Source: Ranitomeya imitator (lineage: Eukaryota). Taken from it: a DNA stretch of 64,000 nucleotides. The stretch spans positions 1,149,604,001 through 1,149,668,000 of the forward strand of contig NC_091282.1 of NCBI RefSeq assembly GCF_032444005.1, in the 5' to 3' direction. A model generated the notes under the pieces. The model searched no databases, was not told the DNA's origin, and saw nothing but the letters and a program-made list of their open reading frames with translations. Below are positions 61,981-64,000 of this stretch, piece by piece. How positions within the stretch are numbered: the stretch's first letter is position 1; every line of letters begins with the position of its first letter. The position numbers were made by a program, and so were the translations under genes.

Positions 61981-62479
61981 ATAGTCCTAGATCATTTGTG
62001 GCTAAAGTCACTTCGACAATACAGGAAATACATATTCCAATATGGAATACCATAGAAGAAGAGAAGTGAAGGAGGATCATATAAATTAAAATGATAAATT
62101 TATTGATAAATAATTAAAATAAAAATAAGTTTAACATGGAGACAAAAATTATTAATAAGAAGGGGGAGTAGATAAAACCAGTAGTAAAAAAGGGGAATTA
62201 GCAAGGTACAATTCCAAGGATAGAATATCAGTTAACCAATAACCATCTGTGCTGAAAAAAGATGGAGGTTATATTTGTAAGTGAGCAATAAAGGCACAGC
62301 AGATTGTAGGTAAGCCCATACAGGAAATAATCATGAGCATGTAAATGTGTCCCAAATATTAATTATTCCATAAAGAGGAGGCAAATATAAGGTATATGTC
62401 CAAAGAATACAACAAAAAGTTGTTAATAGGCTGGAAAGTGAATTCACTACAAGAAGGAAGAAAAAGGGAAATCACGTGA

Positions 62480-62900
62480 GGTTAATTTACCTGTGGTGCA
62501 GATGTAAATCAGGAATAGCCGTGCACCAAGGTTGGAGTACCAATGCTGTTATCCCAAGCCCGACGAGTGCCGTTTTGCAAATGCTTCTTCCGTTGGGGCA
62601 GGACAAGTTAGAAAGGTATTAGGGGGGGGTTTTATGCGGTGTGCCGAGGGAAATTAACCCGGAAGTGTCTCTGAGAAGTTCATAGGTGCGCACGCATACA
62701 GGGCCGTCCCACCTTATCTAGGGACTTCCGGACATGCGCACCGTGACACGCAGTGGAACGCACTGCGGTCACGGGGGGCCGGCGCCTCCGGAAGTCAGAG
62801 GGGGCGTACGGAACCTGCGCGTGCGCAGGGAGAATTCACAGGACACTCCAAGGAAGGAAAATGTTAGGCTGGCGCTTGCTCAGTAGAAACTAATAGTGCA
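62480..62900 (-). mobile_element. Penelope-like pseudo-LTR remnant with a degenerate hammerhead motif
   Basis: Minus-strand order: CCGGAAGT and GCGCA motifs, TATA-like CATAAAA, hammerhead-like 62598-62558, then a CAG|GTAAAT donor. Family assignment is inferred. Confidence 0.5.
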
Positions 62901-63805
62901 CACAGAGAATGGAGGAAAGGAGGATGTTGAACCAGCACATTGCGCAAAGATGGCCATACTGAAGTGGCAGGACATGGGAGGGGCTGGAGAAGGGGAGGAA
63001 TGGATGCACACTTGCAAATGAAAAATTACGGGGGATAAAGCTAAGTGGGAATATACAGGGGATAAAAACTCAGTGGGTACCAAATTACGGGAGATAAAAC
63101 TAAGTGGGATTATACAGGGGATAAAAACTAAGTGGGTACCAATGAAGAAAAGGGTAAAATTAGGACAGGTAAAGTGGAATGTAAAAAACGCTAATATTAA
63201 TGCGGTACCTTACCGCAAGAGAATTAGTACATGACATATGGTGTAATCACAAAGAATAAGGTGAAGGGTAACGCCGAATATGCTACCACATAAAAAAAAT
63301 AATATGTGACATGTATTAGTGTGTTCACAAAGAGTGAGGTGAAGAGTGACATAAATATTTAATGGGGATAATATAGGAAATATAACTTACTGGGGTAGAA
63401 ACCAAATAAATGGTAAAAATAATGGTAAAAAATTGTAAAAAATAAGGCATGTGGGGTGGGAATGTGAGAGACGTGCGAAGCACTACCGCAAGAAACAAAG
63501 TATATAGAATATAAATATAAGTATATGCAGAGTGAATGGGGTAGTAGGGGTGTGCTACCACCTAATAAAGGAATATATAACATATTTGTTGGTGTATTCA
63601 CAAGGGATGAGGTAGGAGTGACATCAATATTTATCTCGGGTGGGAATAATATAAAAGGTATAACATGGGAGTGACTAAAGAAAGGGGGGAGGGGTGGTGT
63701 CTAAAAAGGACTTGGGGTTGAAGCCAGTTTAAAAATGAAAATGTCAGAGGGATGGGACGTGAACGTGAAATATTTGGATGAACTTGAAAGGGGGACACTA
63801 CTTAA

Positions 63806-64000
63806 CCCCTTCATGACCGGGGGATTTTTCGTTTTTCCGTGTTCGTTTTTCGCTCCCCTCCTTCCCAGAGCCATAACTTTTTTATTTTTCTGTCAATTTG
63901 GCCATGTGAGGGCTTATTTTTTGCAGGATGAGTTGTACTTTTGAACGACATCATTGGTTTTAGCATGTCGTGTACTAGAAAACGGGAAAAAAATTCCAAG
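63806..64000. mobile_element. Left end of a piggyBac-like non-autonomous element running off the window
   Basis: TTAA|CCCCTTCATGACC, homologous to 21612 onward. Confidence 0.75.

Noticed and set aside
1-64000. rRNA, tRNA, prokaryotic operons or defence systems
   Set aside because: None was recognised. Spliceosomal introns and vertebrate-type TE families account for the long ORFs.

Overview
Eukaryotic, not prokaryotic. This is an almost entirely transposon-derived window that I infer comes from a neobatrachian frog, based on the TE families, spliced genes, two N-gaps and TTAGGG-like arrays. I recognised no host gene. (1) The 3' part of a large hAT element (1-12194) has an uninterrupted transposase ORF. 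A 3.9-kb segment including the ORF is tandemly duplicated, and the junction carries a 115-bp inverted copy of sequence from 6 kb downstream. The element also holds 122-bp and 128-bp internal arrays. (2) A complete related hAT (26795-42997, minus strand, 8-bp TSD) contains a solo LTR and a complete two-gene PIF/Harbinger element (34220-42012, TAA TSD), which itself holds a ~500-bp MITE palindrome interrupted by a further MITE. (3) Two oppositely oriented piggyBac-like non-autonomous elements carry telomere-like repeats. (4) A Tc1 element is split by a non-autonomous hAT, which contains a solo LTR and a 249-bp unit with a canonical minimal type-I hammerhead ribozyme (54526-54570). (5) Several other MITEs, minisatellites and Penelope-like remnants are present. 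The strongest leads are the hammerhead unit, the templated-inversion duplication, and a diverged copy of transposase N-terminal coding sequence in the 3' arm of both hAT elements. All coordinates were read by eye; boundaries without a TIR or TSD are approximate.
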